Positions 12,572 to 24,619 of a DNA stretch of 64,000 nt are shown in pieces. The stretch lies in NCBI RefSeq assembly GCF_902459465.1, contig NC_047079.1:7068001-7132000 (forward strand), in the 5' to 3' direction. This DNA comes from Asterias rubens (lineage: Eukaryota). The notes below the pieces were generated by a model that saw only the letters and a program-made list of their open reading frames with translations, was not told where the DNA came from and did no database searches. Made by a program: the position numbers and the translations under genes. The stretch's first letter is position 1. Every line of letters begins with the position of its first letter.

Positions 12572-12660
12572 CAGCCGATTTCACAATCCTAACTCGAGTT
12601 AACCCGTCCCAAGTTCTAAGATTAATCCTAAGTTAGGAAGAGTTTGGTGAAATCGACGGC
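12572..12660. mobile_element. Short Harbinger-like MITE family B
   Basis: Ends cagccgatttcac / gtgaaatcgacggc; related to 48741-48915. Confidence 0.55.
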
Positions 12661-13353
12661 AGGCTATGTAGCCCTTCTCTTCTAAACATGTAATGTCACA
12701 GGTTACATCTTTATAAAAAAGAAAGACGTTATCCCTTTTGAGATATGGTGGCCACTTTGGTTTTGGTGTCCTTTACCCAAACCTAATAGTGTCATAGTAT
12801 CGTGCCCACCATCATCTCAAAATGGCTTATAGTGGTTGGTTGTTATTGACTCTTCTATGCATGGATTCACTGACAAGAATCATTCGCAAGGTGACGCATA
12901 CAGATTGAACAAAGATTGTCAAACAAAATGGTATTTTCCACCAAATTATCATTTGAACTTCCCAGACATTTAATTGCTTAATTATTTAATTAAGGTGGCT
13001 GCATATTCACGCGTTATCTCTTCCCGATTATATCACACCATTTTACACTTTATATAGATAGCATCGCGTTCGCAATTTACACCAAACTGGGTTCATCCAA
13101 TGGGCAACGCCCATGCGCGCTTCGTCGTCTATACATGGGATTGAATCAAAATGGTTCCAAATGGGTTGACCTATGTTTTAAATGGGTCTACACAAGTCAC
13201 TTAATTAATGACATCTGATGCAACGGAAAAGATCAAAGGAAAGACTGGAGCATTTTAAAAGAGAGGTAAAAGTTGACCTATTACTTCACTTAAAGCCATG
13301 GATTTGATATTGGTTATATATGGGGTAAAAGCTCGAGGGAACAAAATAGACTT

Positions 13354-13546
13354 GGCCCAATTTCATAGAGTCGCATAAGCGGAAACAAATGCTTAATAAA
13401 TTGTCTGCTAAGCACAATTTAGCAGGATACCAGTTACAAAGTGTACACGTGGTAAGATAAACTTGACTGGTAACCTTATTCTGTTAAGCTTAGTTTGCTG
13501 TGTTTAGCTACTATCTGTGCTTTATTAATCAGCTATGTAACTGGGC
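13354..13546. mobile_element. PIF/Harbinger-like MITE family C
   Basis: Ends ggcccaatttcatag / ctatgtaactgggc. Confidence 0.65.
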
Positions 13547-14499
13547 ACAGGTAAATAGAACTACGTCATTGTGCAGCCATCTTTGTTAGGTTCCCTGTCT
13601 CAATATAAACACCCATTCTCATTATATGAAAAAGCACCAGAGTATTTTGTCATTTCAGCCTCGATTTGATGACAATGATTTGAATGCGAGAAAAACATAA
13701 GAATACAAAACACACGCCATTCTTGTTCTTTGTTTAACTTCAGATATATTATATATTTCTTACTCCATTAATCGTCATTTTGTTTATAACACATTCAGTC
13801 AAGTTGTGAACACTAACCGTATTGAAATTTACATTTCAAGTAAATTGTATACAAAGAAAAAATATATATTAAATTCGAATAAATAATTACATTCTCGTTT
13901 CTAGTCTTGGAAAAGAAAAGTCTTTATACATCAATTACAATCATTCCTGACTTGCAGGAGACAGTTCAGATGGGATTTTAAATATTAACACTTTGAGAAA
14001 ATCAAAAAGGATTTAACTGACAATAATTTCCTACATCACATTTCAGTATTGGTATTCGATAAGCTTATTAGCGGAAACTTTGTGCCGCATAAATAATGAA
14101 CTCTTTACAAAATAATTAGAGCGCTAAATCTCAGATGCGTATCTCCCCTTCTTCCTGACCTTAAACAAAGTTAAAGTTTAGACTTAAGTTACACCAATTG
14201 TTCGTCAAAACCATCGAAGAGTGCACTTTTAAAGGGAACACCAGCCTTTAGTAAGTTTTGCTATTTGTCAGGTTTCTTTTTGGTATTTTACAACGAAAGT
14301 CAATCGATTTGCAATAAAAATTGCTGCATAAATATAAATTATCACCAAACACACCCTAACTTTATGAAACACAGAACGACAACACTCAGCAACAATCAAT
14401 AACAACAACAGCAACGAGCGTCATCTGTAAACGATGTCATCATTGTGTTTGGTATCACTGTCCTTGTGTTTTTCAATAATTAATGACTGCCCGTTGTTT

Positions 14500-16347
14500 T
14501 TATGGGTCCAGAAGTGTCTCGTACGGATTTGTGGTTTCAGAATGTACATCGCTATAGATCACAAAGCTATTGGGCAATGTCACATAACGGGCACAGTCTT
14601 CAAAACTGCTGCTGATGTGGCCGTATTTCTTCCGACTTTTCGTGGAGGGTCTAACTCTCCGACACGGCATCGTTCTGCTTCGATCCGAGTCCGCCAAATC
14701 AGCCTCGTAGAGACTGTTGACGACCGTCTCAGCGTAGACGACTAGGGGTAGGCCGCTGGCGCGATCCACGGTAGAGTCAACCCGGGGTTTGTCCGTTAAG
14801 ATCCCGGCTTCGTGATAAATATGCATGGATGTTATGACATTGTTTCGTCTACTCGAATCGGCGGGTAAGGTGGGGTACTTGGTGCTCCATACATTCTGAT
14901 ACCGCGGACTGTGAAACTTCATAGAGATCCTTTTCCGTTTTTGCCTCTGGGGGAACCGTTTTACATAAGCGATGCCGATGATGCCTAACAGGACGAAGAG
15001 GAACAATGCAATGAGGACGATAAAGGCGATACCCGTGGGTCGAGAGAACCAGGCCTGTAAAGGGACAGCCGGTAGGCTTGGTTCGGAAGGCATCGGCCTG
15101 GTGGGTGTAGAGGTAGATTTGGGTAAGTTTTGATCTTTTGACCCGGTTGTCAAAACGGAGTCATCTCGACCTGACGAACTCCATCCCGTAACGAGGCTTG
15201 TTGTGAGTGATTTTAGAGTTGTTGTTTTGGTAGGTTTGGTTGTTGTCGGTGCAACCCTGCGAATCGTGACCGTAGTCGGAGGGGGAACGGTGGCCGGAAC
15301 CACCCGGAGTCTCGAGCTTGCCGTCCGGATTACACCAGCTATAACTGTTTTGCATGTAACGACCATGCCATCATCATCCAGGTCTACGGCTTTGAGCCAC
15401 ATTGAGTCCGCATAACCTCTGTTAGGTACCATAATCCTGTCCGGATCGACGAACGGAACTGTCGTCCATGTTTTTTGTACCTTCGCTTTGGGCACGTGTG
15501 GCGTTACGGTCAGGACGCAGTTTAGTTTAGCCGGGGAACCGACATACACCGTCAAGACTGGTTCCATGGTAAGAGCAATCATTGAACTGCGTGGTACTGG
15601 AACGGTAACAATCGGCCCAATGGTACAAGATGCCGCTCTTGGCTTGGGACTACTTGCCCTGATACGACACGGGTAGCTACTTGCAGCGTACTTTGCAGAC
15701 ATACTCACCGTTAACTCACGGGTAATTATGTCATCGTTTTCGTAGTATGACCAGTTTGCCGGCCGGATCCCGCCGGTCGTGAGGAGCGGGACGGACCCCG
15801 CGACCTCCCGCGTGATCCTCATATCGACGGTAGGGTTCCCGGACTCTGAGAGGCACGCCATTGTCATACGACTGTTTTCGATCACGTAGAACTCACCGGA
15901 CGGGTAACACGTCGGAGGACTGGGGAAGTATAACACAGAGATGCTGGTAATCCCATACGCCACGGCAATGTTTTTAAATCTATCCATAATCTGGCACCGG
16001 TAAGTTCCATCATCTTCCTTGCGTAGCATTGTGACGACGAGGCGGTAACGCGTCCGTCTTGCTCTCGACTCCTCAGACACTAAAAATCTCTCTCTGTAGT
16101 GGGCCTGGACGACGCTCCCCACGCTGACCAGCGTATTCCGGACACTCTCAGCGTCCAAAAATACCCATGTTAGATACTGTGTTGCTTTGTTTAAGTTTTG
16201 GACATTGCACTCGATGGAAGCTCGCGTGCCGAGTTTCTGCTCTACCGGGGTGCCAACATCCACCCTCAGTACGGCATCCACTCCGGAGAAACTGCAAATC
16301 CACATCATAGCGAATAAAGTGACCCATCGGATGGTTAAGGTGAACAT
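14500..16347 (-). CDS. Ig-superfamily type I membrane receptor B (3 Ig domains, Thr/Ser stalk, TM, Tyr-rich tail), single coding exon, ~615 aa
   Basis: Uninterrupted ORF; track start is TTG, first ATG 16347 (MFTLTIRWVTLFAMMW signal peptide). V domain C..W..LVVTMLRKEDDGTYRC; D2 PTCYPSG..C..GNP..C..CTIGPI; D3 C..W..DDDG..C; TM IAFIVLIALFLFVLLGIIGIAYV. Confidence 0.9.
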   Translation of the reverse strand: MFTLTIRWVTLFAMMWICSFSGVDAVLRVDVGTPVEQKLGTRASIECNVQNLNKATQYLTWVFLDAESVRNTLVSVGSVVQAHYRERFLVSEESRARRTRYRLVVTMLRKEDDGTYRCQIMDRFKNIAVAYGITSISVLYFPSPPTCYPSGEFYVIENSRMTMACLSESGNPTVDMRITREVAGSVPLLTTGGIRPANWSYYENDDIITRELTVSMSAKYAASSYPCRIRASSPKPRAASCTIGPIVTVPVPRSSMIALTMEPVLTVYVGSPAKLNCVLTVTPHVPKAKVQKTWTTVPFVDPDRIMVPNRGYADSMWLKAVDLDDDGMVVTCKTVIAGVIRTASSRLRVVPATVPPPTTVTIRRVAPTTTKPTKTTTLKSLTTSLVTGWSSSGRDDSVLTTGSKDQNLPKSTSTPTRPMPSEPSLPAVPLQAWFSRPTGIAFIVLIALFLFVLLGIIGIAYVKRFPQRQKRKRISMKFHSPRYQNVWSTKYPTLPADSSRRNNVITSMHIYHEAGILTDKPRVDSTVDRASGLPLVVYAETVVNSLYEADLADSDRSRTMPCRRVRPSTKSRKKYGHISSSFEDCARYVTLPNSFVIYSDVHSETTNPYETLLDP

Positions 16348-19300
16348 GCTTAGTCCAATTTCACCTCTTAGAGGTCTCCAGAGATAAATAAATCCCAAAG
16401 GATGCTTGTCCCACTTGTAGAGTTAGCTTAGTAAATCTGGCACAACGAAGCTCACCGTCGCCACCATATCGACGCACCGAGCAGGTTCAACATTCCAAGT
16501 GGGCTGAGCTGACTGAGCTACATAAACCATCCCAGTCAGACCTCCATGACAGTGTTCTTCAAAATGTGGAAGTCGCAAAAAGTTGGGTCCCACAAATACC
16601 TCAGCTCCCCGTTAGTCAGACAGCTCCCTGATACGTCTGTCTCTTCACGTAGAAACGCACCACCACCGTCAAGTGCGAACCGTGTCTCAGCAGAGCGCAA
16701 CATACACACAAATTATGGGCATAAACACCGTGTACTAAAATATCGCATTAAGTCACTCGCAGGAGATCCTAGTGAGATGGTGTGTGGCATGCAGCTGTTG
16801 TCAGTGTCGGCTACCATCATCATGTAGACGCACTGATGGATGGGCGACTGGGTGTTACAAGCTGTATTGCACTCCTGAGCAATAGTTGGTTCGGTGCCAG
16901 TGAGTACCGTCCGCGTCGCTACTGGGAGAGGAATTGCTTTAAGTGCTTTGCTTAGATAAAGAGTGTAGATGCGTCAATGAGTGTGAACACTGATGTTTCT
17001 TTACTACTTGTACTATCTAGTAAATGAAGATGCATTATTAAACCACGCCCACTTCAGTCACAGCCCCAGCAACGGTCCCTAGTGACTTGGTCACGTGCGT
17101 ATACGCTCCAATAATCTAACCAAAAGATTACGTCATAATTTGTATACAAAGTACATGTCCAACGCAGCCATTCCATGAATCGGCAGCTTACATTTCTGTT
17201 GTGTTTTAACGTGTCTAGTTTTGGTTGTTTTAAATGTCTTTAAGAAACTTTTAGGCGCACCTTCAAGGGTTAGTCAGCAGAGCGCTTTAAGGGGCGGAGC
17301 TTCATGCTGCGGTTCATGATTAAATCAACATGAACATGTTTGGCGCTAACATAAGTTGTATCTGAGCAGTTACAGAACGTTCACTTTGAATCTCACAGGG
17401 ATCTATGAAAAATCCCGGGTGAGAATTGACCCATTTTGGGGGAACAAGGCCTATAAAGGTCATTTTGAGAACTAACCCTAGGTCCTAAAATTCCCCCATT
17501 GGACACATCATAAGGTATTGTTGCCTTGTCTCAAGTCATTGCAATCATTTGTCTTACTAAATGTTTTTTGCATGAACTAACTCTTTAACTCTTTGCAATC
17601 TTCGAATCGCAGAACAATATCGTCTGGGTCGGAGACTAGTCTGCGTGAAGAACGGCTACACATGTTGCTACAAGTTCTTTGACACAGGATGTGTTTAATG
17701 ACGCATAGGAAAAGATGGAACCGATCTGTCCTATGGTGTGAGACTACTTGTCGAAATGTTATGCAAACAATAGCACATCTAGCAGAATACGAGCTTACTG
17801 CTGACAAAAGTAAAACGTGTGTCACATTACGAAGTGTTTCTGAGAACATTCACTCTTTTTTGTGCATCCCTGTTCTTTCCTTTGTCCCTGTAGTTAAATA
17901 CCTCCCTTAGACTTTGTACAACAGATTTCTTGTGGAGCACTTCAGTCACTAATATTCCTTAATAAAATGTCTTTCTTGTGCAATACTTGTGGTGCTTTAT
18001 AAACTTGTGCGAGCCATGTGATTCTTCTGTCTTATGTCTTTACTGGAAACCTCTTGTTTTCCTTTTTCTGTTTTGTCCTCGGTCTCTATAAGATAGTGAA
18101 TAATTAAATCACGAGTTCCTCACAAATGCAGGGACTTGAAACACCATGTGCACACTAACTACGCCAAGGCACACACAACCTTATAAGGGTCCAGTTTGAA
18201 GGGGCTTGCTTTCGTTGTACTGTTATTCCCATCAAAATGCATTATATTTATTCTGAGAGAAAAATCCCACAATCTCATTACGTCACGTGGTGCATGTGAC
18301 ATTTGGGGGGACTGTTCATGGATCTGGTCACTACAATTTGCAACACCGGCTCAACCGAGAGTCCGACATATTCCCTCCAAGCCATTCATGGACAGGAAAC
18401 ACCCAATTTCTACATACATATAAGGAGGATTACTATCGCTCAACCTCTTTAACGGTGACAGATCCTTGGACTCTAGCCATGTATGTAAGGGGGAGGGGGG
18501 GTCGAGCGAGAGGCAGGGTGCCAATGCCCGAAGACATCTCGACTTCCTCATCTGAAGGAATCAGCCGAGGAGGAACTTAAAAACGGAAGTCTGCTAAAAT
18601 AAAGGGACACTAGTCTGAAACATTCTTCAGGTCTCACAGAACATATGTACACATATATAAATAAACTCAAATGACTTCAGGCCAGGCGTACACCCACTAC
18701 ACGCAAAGGTCAGGCAATTCTAGAAGTTGGTAAATTATTATACATTGAAACGCTTTCTAACATCTTGGACACACATCTTGGATACAAGTTCAAGAACCAT
18801 CGCCAACAGAATGTATCTACGCTCTATTTTTTCTATTTTTAAATCTCGTACAGGTATTACTTGCGTATCATGCATCACCAAGCGCCAAGGTTTAGTCATA
18901 ACTTCTTAATGTTGATTTTAAGGAGGCAGAAATCACATAATTATATCGTCGGATTGAGGTACTTCGTCAAAGAAATGAGAAAACTATCAACAAGACAGAA
19001 CCATAGTAAGACTTTTTCCCGGGTCGTAAGGTTTGCTTTTGATTACATGTCACCCAGAGTTAAAACAAAGTGAAAACCTAAACCCGCTAAGCAGGTGCTG
19101 TATTAACCATCTGACAAATCGAATAGAGTTGGGAATCATTTTTGCGGGAAGCATTTACAAACCGGGGGCTTAAAAGGGAGTTCATAAGGTCTGTTTACCC
19201 CCTTAACATTACAATACACATCAAGTTACTACAAGGCAATTAACTTTACAAACTGCGAGCGTTAGTGTCTTTATTTGATCAAGTGTTGGCAGTTTGGTTT

Positions 19301-21273
19301 GACTAAAAGTTTCATCTTTATATGGGGTTAATTTCCTTTTCTAGTTTGCTTTCCCGCATTTAAAAAAAAAAAAATTATATTAAAAGCCCAACCATAAAAA
19401 GACTCGACATCAGTGATAAGACGTCACCGTAAACTACATCTTTCAAGTCTGTCTTAATTTCAAGTTTACTGGGTTTTTAAGTCTCAGTGCATTCATGTTA
19501 TGAAGGGTGTTGTGGTAGTATGCGATTCTCCCAACGATTTGCCTTCATTCGAAAGATACACCAGTCTCAGAATATACAAAATGTGATCATCTTAGCTTCA
19601 TTCAAATATCGAGAAAAAAAAATCACAACAAAACACATTACTCAGACAGGCAGAAAACCCAAACAAACACTTTAAGGGGGTTTTACATCGCCTTTAAAAA
19701 GGAAGAGCATAGCAGTTTTGTTAGGACTAGTGTAGACTTGGTAGAACCACCTTATCTCGACTCTGATTTAACTGGCACTGTTATGAAAGATGGGGTTGCG
19801 TTAGCTTATTTTTCCATGTAAATTATTATTACTGAATATCCCAGGGCCTTAGCGGAAGGCAAGATCCTACATTCTGGTCAATGCACTATCGGAAATTACA
19901 CATTATGTCATAATTTCCTCATAAATTTAACAGTTGTAAAAGTAACAGCTGGACATGTTTTGAAATATGCCCCACATGTGTGATTGTTATCAACTGTCAG
20001 ATCAAAAACTGCTAAAAACCAGACAGTGTAATCTGCACAAAAATTATTTATTCAATTGATCTGGTGAGTACAAATCTAGCCTGCAAGTCCAGGGGATCCG
20101 TGGCTCTTTGAGCTGTGTACTAATTGTACATGAAGTCCCGGCTCTATATGACTCTTTTTAAAAACATGTGATGTTACGAGTGATAGTCTACAAAAATTGC
20201 AATCTGTTTTAAAGCTTCCTCCATGGTATAAACGTCCTCTGAACCATGCCCGGAAATGCTGCCTGATGGGAACGGTACAAGGTCGCTCTGCAATCAGGCA
20301 TATCTTAAGTCCCTATTTAGTCAAACCACTGCGACAGTAAACGCCTTAATGGACCCGAAATATAGCAAAAGTGACAGCTGAATTATTAATTTGCAGTCCT
20401 TTCACACGCCACCCCAACCAAGGTTTGAGCCATTTGGTAAAACAGTGGCCTAATTAGCTGGAAATTTAAAAACAAGGGGTCCAAATTGTTCACTTAAAAC
20501 AAACTTGCATGTAAAATGAAAAAAAAAGATTGTCCAAATTACAATCGGGTGTCCAAAAGACCCACAGACACCCCTCTGGCGACTAATTCTTCAACAATTT
20601 TTCACATGTATAACCTAAAACATGTTTAGATTCTTGTTTTGATTTTGAATCATCAAAACCATGTGCGCAGGTGTCAAAATAAAATAAAAACATCATTTAA
20701 ACTCTTCAAACGCAGTGTTTACAGCGTAACTCTTAGCTTTAAAGTCAGAGCAGAGGTCGGAACACTGACCGTCATCATTATTTTTTATTGTTTTAGTTTA
20801 ATGCAAGTTGCCAGACACACAAGGCCTGAATGCCACTTGAAACAGGGTTACCCCTTCAACTGTCAATACGGGTAGGCTTGGGTATCATCATTCATGCGTT
20901 AGAATGAGCCCAAATTCATCTAAATCTTCATTAAAGCATGATTGATTGATTGTGGATGACGAACCGACAAAAAAAGGATATACATAAGAAAAGTAGAACA
21001 GATTATAGAGGAATTGGTGACGAATGGACAAAGTCCGGCGTACGGAATCTTCCTCCGATCAATTGGTAACACGAATGACAAGTGTTCTTTCCTGTTGGTT
21101 CAATGTTGGCTTTCAAACCACAGGGCAAACTATTTATTGCAACATGACAAATTGGATGTGTCCAAAGACTGGAATGTGCATGTCAATTCTAATAAAATTG
21201 CCTAATACACTAACATGCAACCATGGCTTTATACAAATTGGGAACAAATATGACTAATGATTTCGTTTAGTTC

Positions 21274-21420
21274 GGGCTTACTCGGTGGTCTAGTGGTAAG
21301 CCATCTGTACAAGCAATGCAAATATCATGGGTTTGAATCCCAACCGTGTGATTGCCTGTTGATTTTGTTCAATAGCCTGGGATAGTACTGAGTATACAGT
21401 GCTTTATACACATCGGTATA
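21274..21420 (+). mobile_element. tRNA-derived SINE
   Basis: A box tggtctagtgg, B-box-like gggtttgaatccc; body shared with the 5800 fragment. Confidence 0.6.
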
Positions 21421-21857
21421 TCAAATTGTACAAACATAGTCTTTGTACCTGATGCAAAACTAACATTAAATTTGTAGCATATTCTCAAAAACAAAAACAA
21501 ACAAAAAACTTCCATAACAAAATAAGTACTCACATACAAATATATAATGATCTATGCGACTCATATTAATACACAATCACAACTAACATTAACAATCTTA
21601 GTTTATCGTGAGACTTCATAGAACCTTGTTGAAGGAATCAGATTCAGTTTCTCGTTTGTTGTGATGTTTGTTTGCTTTATTTGTTAATCTTAATTTTGTT
21701 TATTTTGGAATCATTGTTTATATCATTATTGAAACCCACATACGACGCTTTGGTTACAGCACTATTTTGAAATTCTGTGTCACACCTTAAGTAAATAAAA
21801 CTGCAATTCATGATTTGGGACTTTTGTCCACCACATTTTCCTCTATATTTATAGCCA

Positions 21858-23627
21858 TTATCTCAGCTGTGTCTCTAAGACGGTAGAATATCCATCCTCC
21901 AAGATAACTTCTTCAGTCAGAGGAACATAAAGAATATTCTCCACAGTTTCAGCGTACAACTCCAGCTCTGGAACGGGAGATCCACATTCAAAATGCACCT
22001 CCTCCGACTCGGAGATGAGCACATCCTCTTGGCTCTCGTTCAACGGCAGAACCACCACTTCAGCGGCCTCTTGGTAGACATTCTCCCCTTCTGTTGAGAG
22101 CGGATCCGTCGAGTCCACTGCTTCGTGGTAAATATTATTTCCAACAAATGTGGACGTCACAGTTGGGCCCACTGTCTCGTGGTAGATGTTCTCTCCGCCG
22201 AATGCATCCGGTGGTCCTGTTGTCGGATCGCTTGCTTCGTTGTAGATGTTCTCAGAAAACATCGTCAGTGGTCTTGAGTTTAGGTAAACCGGTGAGTAGC
22301 CTGTGTCCTGTTCAGACCGGAGTTGAGCTTCTTGAACCGTGTTGCGATTCAGTTTGCGTCTTCGGCGGCATGTCAGGCACACTACCATGAGTATAGTCAG
22401 CAATAAAAGCACCACAGCAGCACCAGAAATTATTGCAATGGAACTTGGCTCGGTATACCAAGGGAGGTTTGATGTTGGGGGTAAGGTGCGCGTAGGCACA
22501 GAATTGGTTGCAGTGGTGGGATACGCAGAATTGGTGGCAGCGGTGGGATACGCTAAAGTTGTGTCAGGAATCGATTCACGTGTGACATGTAATGTTATGT
22601 TTCCTATGTAGACTTTACCCCTGAAAGTAACCGCACATTCTAAGACACTTCCGCTATCCTGCACAAGGACGCCTATATAAACATTTCTTTGGATCGGATT
22701 GCCTGAATGGAATGTTCTGTTGTAATCAATCTCGGAAGGGATCTGCCAGTGACGCTGGATGTAGTCTGTTGCCGACACGGGTGGTGTAAATACAATATCA
22801 CAGGTGAAGCCTGAAATGACACCGTCCCGTAGTGGGAACTGATGCTGACGAATATTGACTGATACGTCCATTGCTCCAGGAGGCACTGCCAACACTGTGA
22901 TGAGACCTATTATGCAAGTTCCATAAACTAGATAGCTATCCACTTCTGTTTCAGTAGCACATACAAACTTACTGTCGTTGAACTTGTTATCAACAATTAA
23001 ATTGAGCTGTTTGACAACCGAGCCACTACTGTCATTCACGACCTCCCAGTCAGCGTCTTGAGGTCCGTCCCAAGACGTCAAGGTGTTCCTGGGTGGTATC
23101 CATGTTAGTGTCATATTGCCCGGTGATGTGACCTTCTCCGATGAGCAAGAGATACCTAGCAAGCTTCCCTCCATGACGCTGACCGATCCCTCAGGGGAGC
23201 ATGAAAGAGCCTTCGGGTGATCGTGTAAGGAGACGGTTGCAGTTGCTGCTGCCAACGTTCGGCGAGTCCTTATATCTACCACCACACACCTATAGTCACC
23301 AGTATCGCCAGGCATTAAGTCACTTATAGTCAAGTAATAGTCCAGATTTGTGAGAGTCAATTTGTATACACTGACCTCAAATCGCCCATTGCTGTACTGT
23401 CTGGCTACCGTCAGTCCAGAGCTGACGACATTCTTATGAATCCAGTAAAACTCTTGATTCAGTAAGTTCACATTCCGAATGGCACATTTGATTGTCACAA
23501 TGTTCCCTTGGTATTCTCGGATGTCCATCAGCGCAACCGTAACATTGAGCTCCATAGCGGCAGACACACTTTGAATAAGGACGGCGATGACCAGTGTCCT
23601 TAGTGCAGTAGTTGCTGAACCCTTCAT
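21858..23627 (-). CDS. Ig-superfamily type I membrane receptor C (3 Ig domains, TM, acidic tail with repeated ENIY motifs), single coding exon, 589 aa
   Basis: ATG at 23627, signal peptide, V domain C..W..LTISDLMPGDTGDYRC, D2 LSCSPEG..C..W..C..CIIGL, D3 C..W..QDSGSVLEC, TM IAIISGAAVVLLLLTILMVVCLT followed by RRRRK. Confidence 0.9.
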   Translation of the reverse strand: MKGSATTALRTLVIAVLIQSVSAAMELNVTVALMDIREYQGNIVTIKCAIRNVNLLNQEFYWIHKNVVSSGLTVARQYSNGRFEVSVYKLTLTNLDYYLTISDLMPGDTGDYRCVVVDIRTRRTLAAATATVSLHDHPKALSCSPEGSVSVMEGSLLGISCSSEKVTSPGNMTLTWIPPRNTLTSWDGPQDADWEVVNDSSGSVVKQLNLIVDNKFNDSKFVCATETEVDSYLVYGTCIIGLITVLAVPPGAMDVSVNIRQHQFPLRDGVISGFTCDIVFTPPVSATDYIQRHWQIPSEIDYNRTFHSGNPIQRNVYIGVLVQDSGSVLECAVTFRGKVYIGNITLHVTRESIPDTTLAYPTAATNSAYPTTATNSVPTRTLPPTSNLPWYTEPSSIAIISGAAVVLLLLTILMVVCLTCRRRRKLNRNTVQEAQLRSEQDTGYSPVYLNSRPLTMFSENIYNEASDPTTGPPDAFGGENIYHETVGPTVTSTFVGNNIYHEAVDSTDPLSTEGENVYQEAAEVVVLPLNESQEDVLISESEEVHFECGSPVPELELYAETVENILYVPLTEEVILEDGYSTVLETQLR

Positions 23628-24619
23628 TGTTTACAAATGATACACTCAAAAACAAGAACACAACTTAAAACAACTGGAAATTCCTTAAAATATGTGCGCT
23701 CTCCCTCCAAAAGACAATGACATCCAGTAGTCAACTCAATTTACCTTTCATGGTATTGTAACTCACTTCCTCACGTAAATCCGAACTGACAAAGCATATT
23801 CAAGGCTACCGGTTGATTGGACAAGATCTTACGTCACAAACAACCTTCTCTGACGGAAATACCAACGGTATCAAAACTTTGTATCGGTCAACGAACATTT
23901 AGGACAGTCCTGTCATATCCGATGAATCAATTGTTATTATAAAAACAATGAAACTGATGCAACTGGACATTGTTTTAAACCTCGGGTTCAATTCCTAATG
24001 GTATTTGTCTATTATTCAAACGAGACACGAGGTAAAGGGAAACTGACTGGGTAAATTGTGAGTATTTTGGGGCTGATCTAGAAAACTTCAGTATGCTTTT
24101 ATTACAAACTGGGCCACCTAAACATAACAGATGGTTGACGGTCTCCCTATATTTTTTCGGGAGCGAGTCAGAAGCCAACAAGCATTTCTCGACGTGTGTA
24201 GAAAATAGAAACACAAAAAGAAGCCTTACTAGAAAAACCCCATAGCTTTGGCTTATATGCTACGTCCATTTAAAAACGTAGAGTTTCCGTACAAGGCTTA
24301 AAAATGGCGAACGGAGCCTCAGTCGGAGCAAAAGCTAGAACCGTGATATCAAAGAGGGCGGTACACACCAACAAACTTAACAGACTGGTGCCTTCGCATG
24401 ATTAACACTGTAACAACTTAGTGAATACAGGAAGCCTTACAAAGATGGCTGCCAAAAGCTTTAAAAGACCGTTTTTTGTCAAACAAACATGATTATCGAG
24501 TGAGACCCTATAAAGGAATATAGGCCTATGCAGCCGGGGGGGGGGGGGGGGGGGGAGAAAGTGTGTCATGTTGACATTCTGTTCCAATTTCCGCTATAGT
24601 AACAGCTACGGAATCCCAA

